A DNA stretch of 25,365 nucleotides from a virus (lineage: Duplodnaviria > Caudoviricetes). The DNA lies in IMG/VR virus record IMGVR_UViG_3300044580_000159, positions 1-25,365 of that record; one strand, given 5' to 3'. Below, one piece after another: positions 9,052 through 16,064 of the stretch (within the stretch, counting starts at the first letter, position 1; each line of letters opens with the position of its first letter). Under the pieces are notes generated by a model. That model was given only the letters and a program-made list of their open reading frames with translations. It made no database searches and had not been told where the DNA came from. Made by a program: the position numbers and the translations under genes.

Positions 9052-10089
9052 ATGCCAGTATTAAAACCGAGCGTATTCAAAGGTCGGGGGACGGTGGGAG
9101 TGCCTGTCCTCCCAAGCGCAGGCTGGGCCCGCCCCGCCGACTGGCTACCTATGCCGGATATACCCGAGGGACAGCAGAAAGTAGTAATCCTGTTTGGCGT
9201 CTATAACGGCGTGGGGAATATACCAAAAATACTCACTGCGTCGGGAAACTATATCGTTGATTGGGGAGATGGAAGCAGCCCACAAAACAGCAACAGTGGC
9301 TCTTTTGTTGGACACCAGTATGATTATTCGGCACTTCCCGAATCGTCAGTGTGCTCGCGAGGATATAAGCAGGTCCTCATAACTATCACGCCGCAAGCTG
9401 GATTTAATCTGACATCGCTTACAATCCATGATGATTATAGGCTCTATTTTGCAGCCCTTGATATATCAATAAGGTCGTCGTATTTAACGAGCTTATTTCT
9501 CAGAAATCTATATCACCTTGAGCGTCTGTCAATTTTTGAGATTGCGACAATAACCTCCAACATTACCACCGAGGGGGTATCCCCTGCGCTACAGTCTTTT
9601 AATGCGCCACCTGAAGTCATTGCAAATATAAAAAACTTTAGTTGGTTGTTTAAGTATTCTAAACTTGCCGAGATCGACCTAAACCTCTCTGGCAACACGG
9701 TCTCTAGTTTAACAAGCTTTGCAGATAGTGCGGTGTGTTTGCAGCGCGTTAACCTGCATGGAGTTAATTTAGTTGGCTCAGCCAATAGCGCTTTTCGCAC
9801 TTGCGAATCGCTGCTAGAGGTGCATGGTATTGATATAACAGGCGCAACTGATGTCTCGAATTTGTTTAGTTCTTGCAAGAGGCTTTATCGTGCGAATATA
9901 ACAGGCATATCTCTTACCATATCTTTCGCGTACACATCTCTGACAAGAGAGTCTATTGTTGAGATTTTTAACAACCTCGCGGTAGTTACAGGTCAAACAA
10001 TTACTATCACAGGTACTCCAGGAGCATTATTTTTGAGCGCAGCTGAGCGAGCGATCGCCACGGATAAGGGCTGGACGATTACAGGATAA
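9052..10089 (+). CDS. Tail-region protein with LRR/BspA-like repeats
   Basis: ATG at 9052 after GGAG. WARPADWLPMP and YIVDWGDG segments, then imperfect repeats (F.YSKL..I.L, F..C..L..V, LFSSCKRL). Confidence 0.7.
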   Translation: MPVLKPSVFKGRGTVGVPVLPSAGWARPADWLPMPDIPEGQQKVVILFGVYNGVGNIPKILTASGNYIVDWGDGSSPQNSNSGSFVGHQYDYSALPESSVCSRGYKQVLITITPQAGFNLTSLTIHDDYRLYFAALDISIRSSYLTSLFLRNLYHLERLSIFEIATITSNITTEGVSPALQSFNAPPEVIANIKNFSWLFKYSKLAEIDLNLSGNTVSSLTSFADSAVCLQRVNLHGVNLVGSANSAFRTCESLLEVHGIDITGATDVSNLFSSCKRLYRANITGISLTISFAYTSLTRESIVEIFNNLAVVTGQTITITGTPGALFLSAAERAIATDKGWTITG

Positions 10090-10098
10090 GGAGCGGGT

Positions 10099-10281
10099 AT
10101 GGATGACACGAGCGGATTTTACAAGGCCGATGGAGAAACCCTGCTTTTTGGACCGAACTTTGTTGAGAGCAGGGATTTTAAGTTGGAACGAGCCAAGCAT
10201 GGGGAGTACGCCTATCCGGTCCACGGCTGGTACTGGTTCGAAAGCGAGGCTGAGGCCCGGGCGGGTCTTGGTGTTCCATGA
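10099..10281 (+). CDS. Small phage protein, possible tail fibre accessory
   Basis: 60 aa with SD AAGGAG and a YPVHGWYWF motif. Coupled to the next gene. Confidence 0.7.
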   Translation: MDDTSGFYKADGETLLFGPNFVESRDFKLERAKHGEYAYPVHGWYWFESEAEARAGLGVP

Positions 10282-10583
10282 AGCTTGATTTAACTACATT
10301 AGTGAGCTTGGCGGCCCTATTGGGGTCGATTGTCGCGTATCTAACGTTTAGCAACGATAAAAGGGACCGCGAGAGGGATACCCAAGTGAAAGAGGGACAA
10401 CGCCAGAAGGAGCAGGAACAGCTAAAGAAGGATCTCGAGGATGCAAAAAAAAGAATAGAAAAGCTTGAGGGAGACAGTCAGGATCTACAGATAGATACAA
10501 CCGAGATAAAAACAGACGTAAAACACATCCTCAAGGCCCTCGCAAATATCGAGGCAAAACTCGATAAGCAACAGGAATGCTAA
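10278..10583 (+). CDS. Single-TM coiled-coil lysis-cassette protein (holin/antiholin-like)
   Basis: N-terminal hydrophobic helix plus heptad coiled coil, directly upstream of the endolysin. Confidence 0.6.
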   Translation: MKLDLTTLVSLAALLGSIVAYLTFSNDKRDRERDTQVKEGQRQKEQEQLKKDLEDAKKRIEKLEGDSQDLQIDTTEIKTDVKHILKALANIEAKLDKQQEC

Positions 10584-10584
10584 G

Positions 10585-11166
10585 ATGAATGTGATTAGGA
10601 AAGGAATCATCACGACGGGCTTTGAGGAGATGCGACCGCTCAATCTCCCTCCGGAGAAGCGCTGGCACGTCCACGGGGCCCTGGATTTGGCTGGAGGGGA
10701 CGGAATCATTAGGGCGCCGGCCAGAGGGACCGCCCAGGGGGTGGTTATTTTTAGGAGCCCTGGCGGAGCATGGGGAGCCCCAGGGATCGATGAGAAATCA
10801 GAGATCCTGGAATTTCCGTGGAGAGATTACTGGTACGACATATACGGCGGGATCATTGTCCTCTATGAGCCGAAAGGCAGGATGCATATTCTCGCTCATA
10901 TCTGGGCCTCCCAGATTCTTAATCCCCAGCCGCACCCAGCACAATTTCCTTTCAGGTATGCGTACTATATTGAGGAGCGCGAAACCACCCGATACCCATG
11001 CCACATGATGTTGACCGAGACCGTTGAAGTAAAAGAAGGTCAACCTTTGGCAAGAGTGGGAAATGCGGGGCAGTCTACCGGACCTCACGTCCACTGGGAA
11101 ATCCACCACCAAGCCGACAGGCTTAACGATTATCCTTTAAGGATAAATCCCGAGGAGTACCTATGA
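10585..11166 (+). CDS. Endolysin, M23 family metallopeptidase
   Basis: HGALD (HxxxD) and VKEGQPLARVGNAGQSTGPHVHWEI...INPEEYL are hallmark M23 motifs. Confidence 0.92.
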   Translation: MNVIRKGIITTGFEEMRPLNLPPEKRWHVHGALDLAGGDGIIRAPARGTAQGVVIFRSPGGAWGAPGIDEKSEILEFPWRDYWYDIYGGIIVLYEPKGRMHILAHIWASQILNPQPHPAQFPFRYAYYIEERETTRYPCHMMLTETVEVKEGQPLARVGNAGQSTGPHVHWEIHHQADRLNDYPLRINPEEYL

Positions 11167-11423
11167 ACGGATACACCCGCGAAGCAAACGGAGACAAGAG
11201 CCACCGGAGATTACTGGCTATCCTTTATGCGGTGGTCTCTTTTGTGCTTTTCGGGGCAGCAGCGATCAGGGACAGCCAGTGGGCGCTCTGGGCGGGGGTC
11301 GCCTGCACTATAGCATCAATCGTTTATCCGATCCTTACCACAACCCAGGAGATAAGAGAGCTCGCTGCAACGTGGAAGGGCGTTAAATCTCAAAAATCTC
11401 CAACCTACGAGGGAGAAAAATGA
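11163..11423 (+). CDS. Putative holin (2 TM)
   Basis: 86 aa with two hydrophobic helices and a charged C-terminus. ATGA-coupled to the endolysin. Confidence 0.7.
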   Translation: MNGYTREANGDKSHRRLLAILYAVVSFVLFGAAAIRDSQWALWAGVACTIASIVYPILTTTQEIRELAATWKGVKSQKSPTYEGEK

Positions 11424-11872
11424 AATGGAAAAATGGCGCACTTATTTTGTTCTTGTTCTTGTCGGGCTTGTGCTGGGGGCAAGCATCGGAATCGGATTTT
11501 ACAGATCAGCCTCTGTCTCAGTCAGAGCAGAGCGAGACCAACTCAGGTCTGCTGTGGCAGAGTGGCGCGAGCGCGCTGGACAGCTCGATACTGAGCTTCA
11601 AAGCGTTAGGGACCAAGCTGAGGCTAATCGAAGACTGGACGAAGAGATCGCTCGAACTCTCAGAGAAGGCATTGCAGCTGTCAACGCGGCTCGAACTGAC
11701 TACGAACGCGGCATTCAACAGCTTTATTTCGCTCGAGACATCTTCAACATCCTTAGAGAGCGCTACGACCCAGATTACAAAACACCTGGCGAATCTACAG
11801 GCTGAGGCGTGGATCTGGAGAATCACTACCTTTTGTTTTGCCGGCCTTTCTTTGTACCTTTTCCTACAGTAG
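11420..11872 (+). CDS. Putative spanin-like protein: signal peptide, helical body, C-terminal TM
   Basis: MKWKNGALILFLFLSGLCWG leader and WIWRITTFCFAGLSLYLFLQ tail. ATGA overlap with the holin stop. Confidence 0.5.
   Translation: MKWKNGALILFLFLSGLCWGQASESDFTDQPLSQSEQSETNSGLLWQSGASALDSSILSFKALGTKLRLIEDWTKRSLELSEKALQLSTRLELTTNAAFNSFISLETSSTSLESATTQITKHLANLQAEAWIWRITTFCFAGLSLYLFLQ
11425..11805 (+). CDS. Putative i-spanin (Rz-like): N-terminal TM plus coiled coil
   Basis: Hydrophobic YFVLVLVGLVLGASIGIGF followed by a charged heptad helix. SD GGGAG 9 nt upstream. End of the lysis cassette. Confidence 0.65.
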   Translation: MEKWRTYFVLVLVGLVLGASIGIGFYRSASVSVRAERDQLRSAVAEWRERAGQLDTELQSVRDQAEANRRLDEEIARTLREGIAAVNAARTDYERGIQQLYFARDIFNILRERYDPDYKTPGESTG

Positions 11873-12938
11873 CGTCGATGATACCTGTGAGTTTTGAGAT
11901 ATCGTAGTTCTCCGGATGCGTATACCCATCAGCAACCTGGTCAGATGACCAGCCGAATAAAGCTTTCCTTAATTCCTTCGGCACACCCTGTTCAGCAAGT
12001 TCTGTGTTGATCGTATGCCTGAGCGCGTGGATCCCGCCGGCGCCGGCCTTCTTTCTGGCAGTCTTCACTGAATCATGCCATGCCCAGTAATCCACCGGAT
12101 CCCCGTTTACTTCAAAAACAAGTCCTTCTTTTCTTCGTGGCTCGAGTAGTTTTTTCAATTCTTTAGGATATGGGTAGACCCTTTCCTTGTTCCATTTTGG
12201 GGCCTTTAACCCCTCAGCGCCGACATTCTGTGGCAGATTGTGCTTTACATGGATCAAGTTTTTATCGACCATGATATCTTCCCAGAACAATCCTCTGATC
12301 TCTCCGGATCTCATCCCAGTGTACCGAGCAGTCATGGCCATAAGCCAATGCTGTTCATCGTCCCAATACTCCCGCGTAAGAAAAGATTCGGCCTGTTCTT
12401 TAGTGAGAGCTTTACGCGGTTTTTTCTTGTAGGAGATCTGCTTCACTCCAAAACATGGATTGTACGTGATCCTTCCCCGATACATTGCTTCGTTTATCAC
12501 GATCCTGAATACCGAGTAGACCTGCTGTGCAGTTCTGGACCTCCCGTGCTTTTTTACAATCCGCTCCTGGAGACTTATGACGTCGGGTCGTGAGATCTCG
12601 TTCAAAGGAATTGATGCAATAGGATCATCGAGGATCTCTAAAAGGTAGCCCCGGTTATCATCCCTGGTCGCATCTGCATAAGTTTTTCCTTCATTCAAGA
12701 CCCTTTCGATATGAGGGCATTCCTCAATAAAGAATCTGGAGGCCCAGTCCTTAAAAGGACTCGAGGAAGATCCAGCCTTGGCTTTAATTTTCTCATACTC
12801 AAGTGTCGCCCAGGCTATGGCAGCGTCTCGGTTTCTCAGTCTGGAGGATTTCCCGCTTCCTATCTTACCGGTGATGGGATCTCTAAACCTGAAATAATAG
12901 ATCCCGTCACGAGGTTCAATGTAGAAGTCCTTTCCCAT
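11826..12938 (-). CDS. int: Tyrosine recombinase / phage integrase
   Basis: Catalytic set TGMRSGE, K, HALRH, FGW, GYTH, plus an N-terminal arm-binding beta domain (IYYFRFRDP). Adjacent to attP. Confidence 0.96.
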   Translation of the reverse strand: MGKDFYIEPRDGIYYFRFRDPITGKIGSGKSSRLRNRDAAIAWATLEYEKIKAKAGSSSSPFKDWASRFFIEECPHIERVLNEGKTYADATRDDNRGYLLEILDDPIASIPLNEISRPDVISLQERIVKKHGRSRTAQQVYSVFRIVINEAMYRGRITYNPCFGVKQISYKKKPRKALTKEQAESFLTREYWDDEQHWLMAMTARYTGMRSGEIRGLFWEDIMVDKNLIHVKHNLPQNVGAEGLKAPKWNKERVYPYPKELKKLLEPRRKEGLVFEVNGDPVDYWAWHDSVKTARKKAGAGGIHALRHTINTELAEQGVPKELRKALFGWSSDQVADGYTHPENYDISKLTGIIDATVGKGTKKGRQNKR

Positions 12939-12951
12939 ACTTTTCCCATAC
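12931..12951. repeat. Tandem TTTCCCATAC repeat, putative integrase arm-type sites
   Basis: Exact 10-mers at 12931-12940 and 12942-12951. A related pair lies on the other side of the core. Confidence 0.6.
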
Positions 12952-12988
12952 CTCGATATGGCACTTTTTATAATTCCTTATACTATAA

Positions 12989-13032
12989 TGGGACCAGCCG
13001 GAGTCGAACCGACGACCTACTGCTTAGAAGGC
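12989..13032 (-). other. attP core identical in form to the 3' half of tRNA-Arg(UCU)
   Basis: The reverse complement reads GC-CTTCTAA-GCAGT-AGGTC-GTCGG-TTCGACT-CCGGC-TGGTCCC-A: anticodon loop, T-arm and acceptor 3' strand. There is no D-arm or 5' acceptor strand. Confidence 0.9.
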
Positions 13033-13146
13033 TCCTAAAGCATCAAAATATCCCATTACACATAAAGAAATTATTTTATATCTCCATATATTATAAATAT
13101 TTCTCGTCTACAGGAGTATATCGCTGTATACCGCACAATATCAAAA

Positions 13147-13168
13147 AATCCCATAGTTTTAACCATAC
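13147..13168. repeat. Second putative arm-site pair (AATCCCATAG / TAACCATAC)
   Basis: Degenerate tandem copies of the CCCATA motif in the same orientation as 12931-12951. Confidence 0.45.
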
Positions 13169-13480
13169 CTACTGCTCTTTTATCTTTCGCTTGCTCTTGT
13201 GTTTTTTTATTGGATCCCCATTCCAAAACACTATGGTCGGCCAGAGGATTATGGTATACAAAAAACCACCAATATTCCTTTTAATATAAGTATAACTTGA
13301 CCATTGTTCTTTATTGGATGACCATCTATGAAAGTAATACAATCCACCGATAATCCATGTAACTACAGTAATAAACAAGACATAGAAACATAATGACACG
13401 GGAGCAATACCTTGTTCTGCCATAAGCCCAAGGACGAAAGTCGCCATAAATGACGTATAAAAAATTATCGAAAGTATCAT
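13169..13480 (-). CDS. Accessory multi-TM membrane protein
   Basis: 103 aa with about 3 hydrophobic segments and a basic tail. AT-rich. ATGA-coupled to the upstream ORF. Confidence 0.7.
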   Translation of the reverse strand: MILSIIFYTSFMATFVLGLMAEQGIAPVSLCFYVLFITVVTWIIGGLYYFHRWSSNKEQWSSYTYIKRNIGGFLYTIILWPTIVFWNGDPIKKHKSKRKIKEQ

Positions 13481-13611
13481 TTTTTATTTTTAGTTTTAAT
13501 CTTATCGACTACATCAGCGACGGCGCCTGTGGCTTTAAACAATAAATGTATGCCTATGAACACACTGCCAAACGCAATTACACCGACAAACAAGTGTTCG
13601 ACAATGTCCAA
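13477..13611 (-). CDS. 44-aa single-TM protein (not in the ORF track)
   Basis: TTG start after AGGAGG. MDIVEHLFVGVIAFGSVFIGIHLLFKATGAVADVVDKIKTKNKK. The stop overlaps the next ATG. Confidence 0.65.
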   Translation of the reverse strand: MDIVEHLFVGVIAFGSVFIGIHLLFKATGAVADVVDKIKTKNKK

Positions 13612-13666
13612 TTTGTACCTCCTTCTATTTTCTAAAACTTCTTCATTGAACTCCTATCTCCTTCTG

Positions 13667-13936
13667 TCAAAAGATATGAAAGTATGATTCTATCTCATAT
13701 ATAAATTCAATATTGTGTCTTTCATATATTGGAAGAATGTATTTTTTAAAAAGAGACATTGCCTTTGTTGGATCTTTGGCATTTTCTGAAATTGCCACAA
13801 AAACCTCTGAAACTTCTCGCAGCACTTCAGCTTTTCCGGCCTTTTTCCCTAGTTCACGGGCCTTGTTCTTTTCGTGTTCGAATAGTAAAAGTCCGCCAAT
13901 GATAAGCAAAAAAACAATCGATGTAATAATTTCCAC
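13667..13936 (-). CDS. Accessory membrane-anchored protein
   Basis: GTG start at 13936 after AAGGAGG. N-terminal TM (IITSIVFLLIIGGLLLF), then a helical domain. Confidence 0.7.
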   Translation of the reverse strand: MEIITSIVFLLIIGGLLLFEHEKNKARELGKKAGKAEVLREVSEVFVAISENAKDPTKAMSLFKKYILPIYERHNIEFIYEIESYFHIF

Positions 13937-14036
13937 CCCTAAACCTCCTTTTAAAACTCCTTTACCCCCCATGCGTCAAATAAATCACCCATACCCACAC
14001 CTCCACATTTTCAACGCAATTACATTTTCCGGCATC

Positions 14037-14408
14037 TTAACTGGCGGACTGAATTGGCGGCTTCTTTTTTTTGGACCGCTCTTGCAGCGTTTGCGCCATT
14101 ATCAAAATAGCTTCCAGATCATCACTCCCCATCCCAGACAACAAATCGACCAATTTTCTCAACCTCTCGGGAACAGCTTTCGGCTCTACGCCAAACACCA
14201 AGTATTCGACAGTGGTACCAATCGCCCTTGCTACCTTTGCGGCTTCGGTAACCTTAGGCATCGTTTTCTTACTTGGGGTGAGCCAGTTATCTATTGTGAG
14301 CTTTTTGACACCTGATCGATAAGCGATTTCTTTTACGGGCATGCCGCTCGCCTCATACGCCTCTCGTAGCCTGTCGTGAAACAGGCCCGTGGTTTCGTCG
14401 TTATTCAT
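14037..14408 (-). CDS. XRE-family HTH repressor (CI position, no peptidase domain)
   Basis: FHDRLREAYE...VKEIAYRSGVKKLTIDNWL...KVARAIGTTVEYLVFG. ATG at 14408 gives 123 aa. Divergent from the early operon. Confidence 0.88.
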   Translation of the reverse strand: MNNDETTGLFHDRLREAYEASGMPVKEIAYRSGVKKLTIDNWLTPSKKTMPKVTEAAKVARAIGTTVEYLVFGVEPKAVPERLRKLVDLLSGMGSDDLEAILIMAQTLQERSKKKKPPIQSAS

Positions 14409-14514
14409 CGGAACAGTGTAATACAAAAATAAGCAGATTTGACAAAAAAAACACTTGACAATTAGGTATTTCTGACGATCATAATAAGCAGAAGTGACAA
14501 ATGGAGGTCTGAGG
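14409..14514. promoter_or_regulatory. Divergent lysis/lysogeny promoter-operator region
   Basis: TTGACA at 14439 and 14455, CATAAT at 14480. A 19-bp direct repeat AATAAGCAGA(TT/AG)TGACAAA at 14428-14446 and 14483-14501. Confidence 0.7.
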
Positions 14515-14694
14515 ATGGTCTTAATTAAAAAATACAAAATCTGCAAGAAGGGGCAAAGGAGCGTATCTGTATCAATCCCTCCTGCATACATGGAGGAAAT
14601 GCGTCTCAAGAACGGCGATGTGTTAAAAGCGTACCGCGAAGACGAAAAGCTCATTCTTATCCCTGAGCGAGGGGACGCTAAATGCGGCTCCTGA
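14515..14694 (+). CDS. AbrB/MazE/SpoVT-fold DNA-binding protein in the Cro position
   Basis: KKGQRSVSVSIPPAYMEEMRLKNGDVLKAYREDEKLILIP matches the swapped-hairpin pattern. SD GGAGG upstream. Confidence 0.8.
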   Translation: MVLIKKYKICKKGQRSVSVSIPPAYMEEMRLKNGDVLKAYREDEKLILIPERGDAKCGS

Positions 14695-14867
14695 CCGTCA
14701 ACGAAGCCCTGGCTGAATTCAAGATGTGTAGGGCGACTCTCTATAAACGTATCGGCCAAAGAAAGTTCGGATCATACAAGAACGGCTCAAAGACTCTGCT
14801 CGACGCAGACGAGATCGAGCGATGGCTCAAGAAAACACGCAGGGAAGCCATCCCTGCAAAAAAATAA
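14682..14867 (+). CDS. Excisionase-like HTH (HTH_17) protein
   Basis: LLTVNEALAEFKMCRATLYKRI...GSKTLLDADEIERWL. Confidence 0.82.
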   Translation: MRLLTVNEALAEFKMCRATLYKRIGQRKFGSYKNGSKTLLDADEIERWLKKTRREAIPAKK

Positions 14868-14880
14868 CAGGAGGTAGTCA

Positions 14881-15816
14881 ATGGGCTACAGTGGTGACGA
14901 GGACCTGGTAGAGGAGGTCAAAGCAGATCTCCAGGATCGCAGGACCTTCATCGGCGGAAGCGATGCGCCGGTAATTATGGGTATTTCCCCTTGGAAGACC
15001 CCGTATCAGTTGTGGCTGGAGAAAACCGGCCAGGCTCCGGAAGCAGATCTCTCCGAAATCGAACGAGTTCAGTGGGGAATCAAACTTGAAGACCTGGTAG
15101 CCAGGGAATTTGTGGCTAGAACAGGGATGAAGGTCCGCAGAGTGAATCAGCGCCAAAGGCACAAGGCAAAGCAGCACTTCGTAGCGCAAATCGACCGCAG
15201 GATAGTCGGCGGTGGAATCCTGGAATGCAAGACCACCGACGGAGCCAGGAAGTCAGACTGGGACGATGGAGTCCCTGATCATTACCTGGTGCAGGTGCAG
15301 CATCAAATGATGGTAACTGGAGAGAGCTTTGCTTATGTAGCGGTTCTGTTCGGAGGAAACACATTCCAGTTTTACAAGGTAGAAAGGGATAATGATCTCA
15401 TCCAAAACATGGAGGTGATTCTCGACAACTTCTGGTCCTTGGTGCAAACCAAGACCCCGCCAGAACCATCAAGCACCGAAGAAGCTCGCCAAATGTGGCG
15501 CAAGCCCTCAGCTGATGTAGTGATTGGCGGAGACGATGAGAAGTCAATCCTGAAAGATCTGATCGAAGTAAAGGATCAGATCGAGGCCTTGAAAGGGAAG
15601 CAGGACGAGCTGGAACTCGCCCTGCAAATGAAACTACAAGACCTTGGGGATACGCTCTCCATCGCAGGGATCCAGGTCGTAAGCTGGAAGACCCAATCAA
15701 GAACGTCGATCGACACCAAAGCCTTGGAACTATCCTACCCCGACATTGCCAGCCAATTCAAGAGAACTTCTGAATCCAGGGTTTTCAGAGTCTTGAAAGG
15801 CGCCAGGGAATTATGA
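14881..15816 (+). CDS. YqaJ-like viral recombinase exonuclease
   Basis: RRTFIGGSDA...SPWKTPYQLWLEKTG, AQIDR, LECKT, YLVQVQHQM. Confidence 0.93.
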   Translation: MGYSGDEDLVEEVKADLQDRRTFIGGSDAPVIMGISPWKTPYQLWLEKTGQAPEADLSEIERVQWGIKLEDLVAREFVARTGMKVRRVNQRQRHKAKQHFVAQIDRRIVGGGILECKTTDGARKSDWDDGVPDHYLVQVQHQMMVTGESFAYVAVLFGGNTFQFYKVERDNDLIQNMEVILDNFWSLVQTKTPPEPSSTEEARQMWRKPSADVVIGGDDEKSILKDLIEVKDQIEALKGKQDELELALQMKLQDLGDTLSIAGIQVVSWKTQSRTSIDTKALELSYPDIASQFKRTSESRVFRVLKGAREL

Positions 15817-16064
15817 GAGTCGTCATAAACCTGCCAGACCACGAATTCACCGAGCACTTAATCTATGCACGCGCAAAGGGATTCGTGGGGCAGAACAATA
15901 ATGAAGCGGTCAAGACTCTTCTCACCTTCTGCACCAAGCAGCACATCAAGAAATATCCTCTCTCAGAGGCGCAGAGGCGAGAAGTCGAGAAAAACTACGA
16001 CCTACGGCAAGAAAACTCCGTAGCGTCAAGCGGTGAGCAATTAGGAGAAGATATAGATGAGTAA
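15813..16064 (+). CDS. Hypothetical protein, possible ribbon-helix-helix
   Basis: 83 aa coupled at both ends. MRVVINLPD beta strand followed by helices. Confidence 0.65.
   Translation: MRVVINLPDHEFTEHLIYARAKGFVGQNNNEAVKTLLTFCTKQHIKKYPLSEAQRREVEKNYDLRQENSVASSGEQLGEDIDE

Noticed and set aside
7121-10089. Diversity-generating retroelement targeting the tail fibre (as in BPP-1)
   Set aside because: No reverse transcriptase in the window, and no template/variable repeat pair differing at adenines was seen. The missing part of the genome cannot be assessed.
12960-13070. Complete tRNA-Arg gene
   Set aside because: Only the anticodon loop through the discriminator is present. The 5' acceptor strand, D-arm and most of the 5' anticodon stem are missing, so it is an att core.
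12711-13289. 192-aa plus-strand ORF across int and attP
   Set aside because: It is antisense to the integrase, spans the att site and shows no protein-like motifs.
13713-14315. 200-aa plus-strand ORF
   Set aside because: It is a shadow of the repressor and accessory genes, which have better RBS and motif support.
14409-14759. 240-aa version of the repressor in the ORF track
   Set aside because: The extension is antisense to the AbrB and Xis genes and crosses the promoter region. The HTH starts right after ATG 14408.
14515-14867. MazE/MazF-type toxin-antitoxin pair
   Set aside because: The gene after the AbrB-fold protein is an Xis-like HTH, not a PemK, PIN or Fic toxin.
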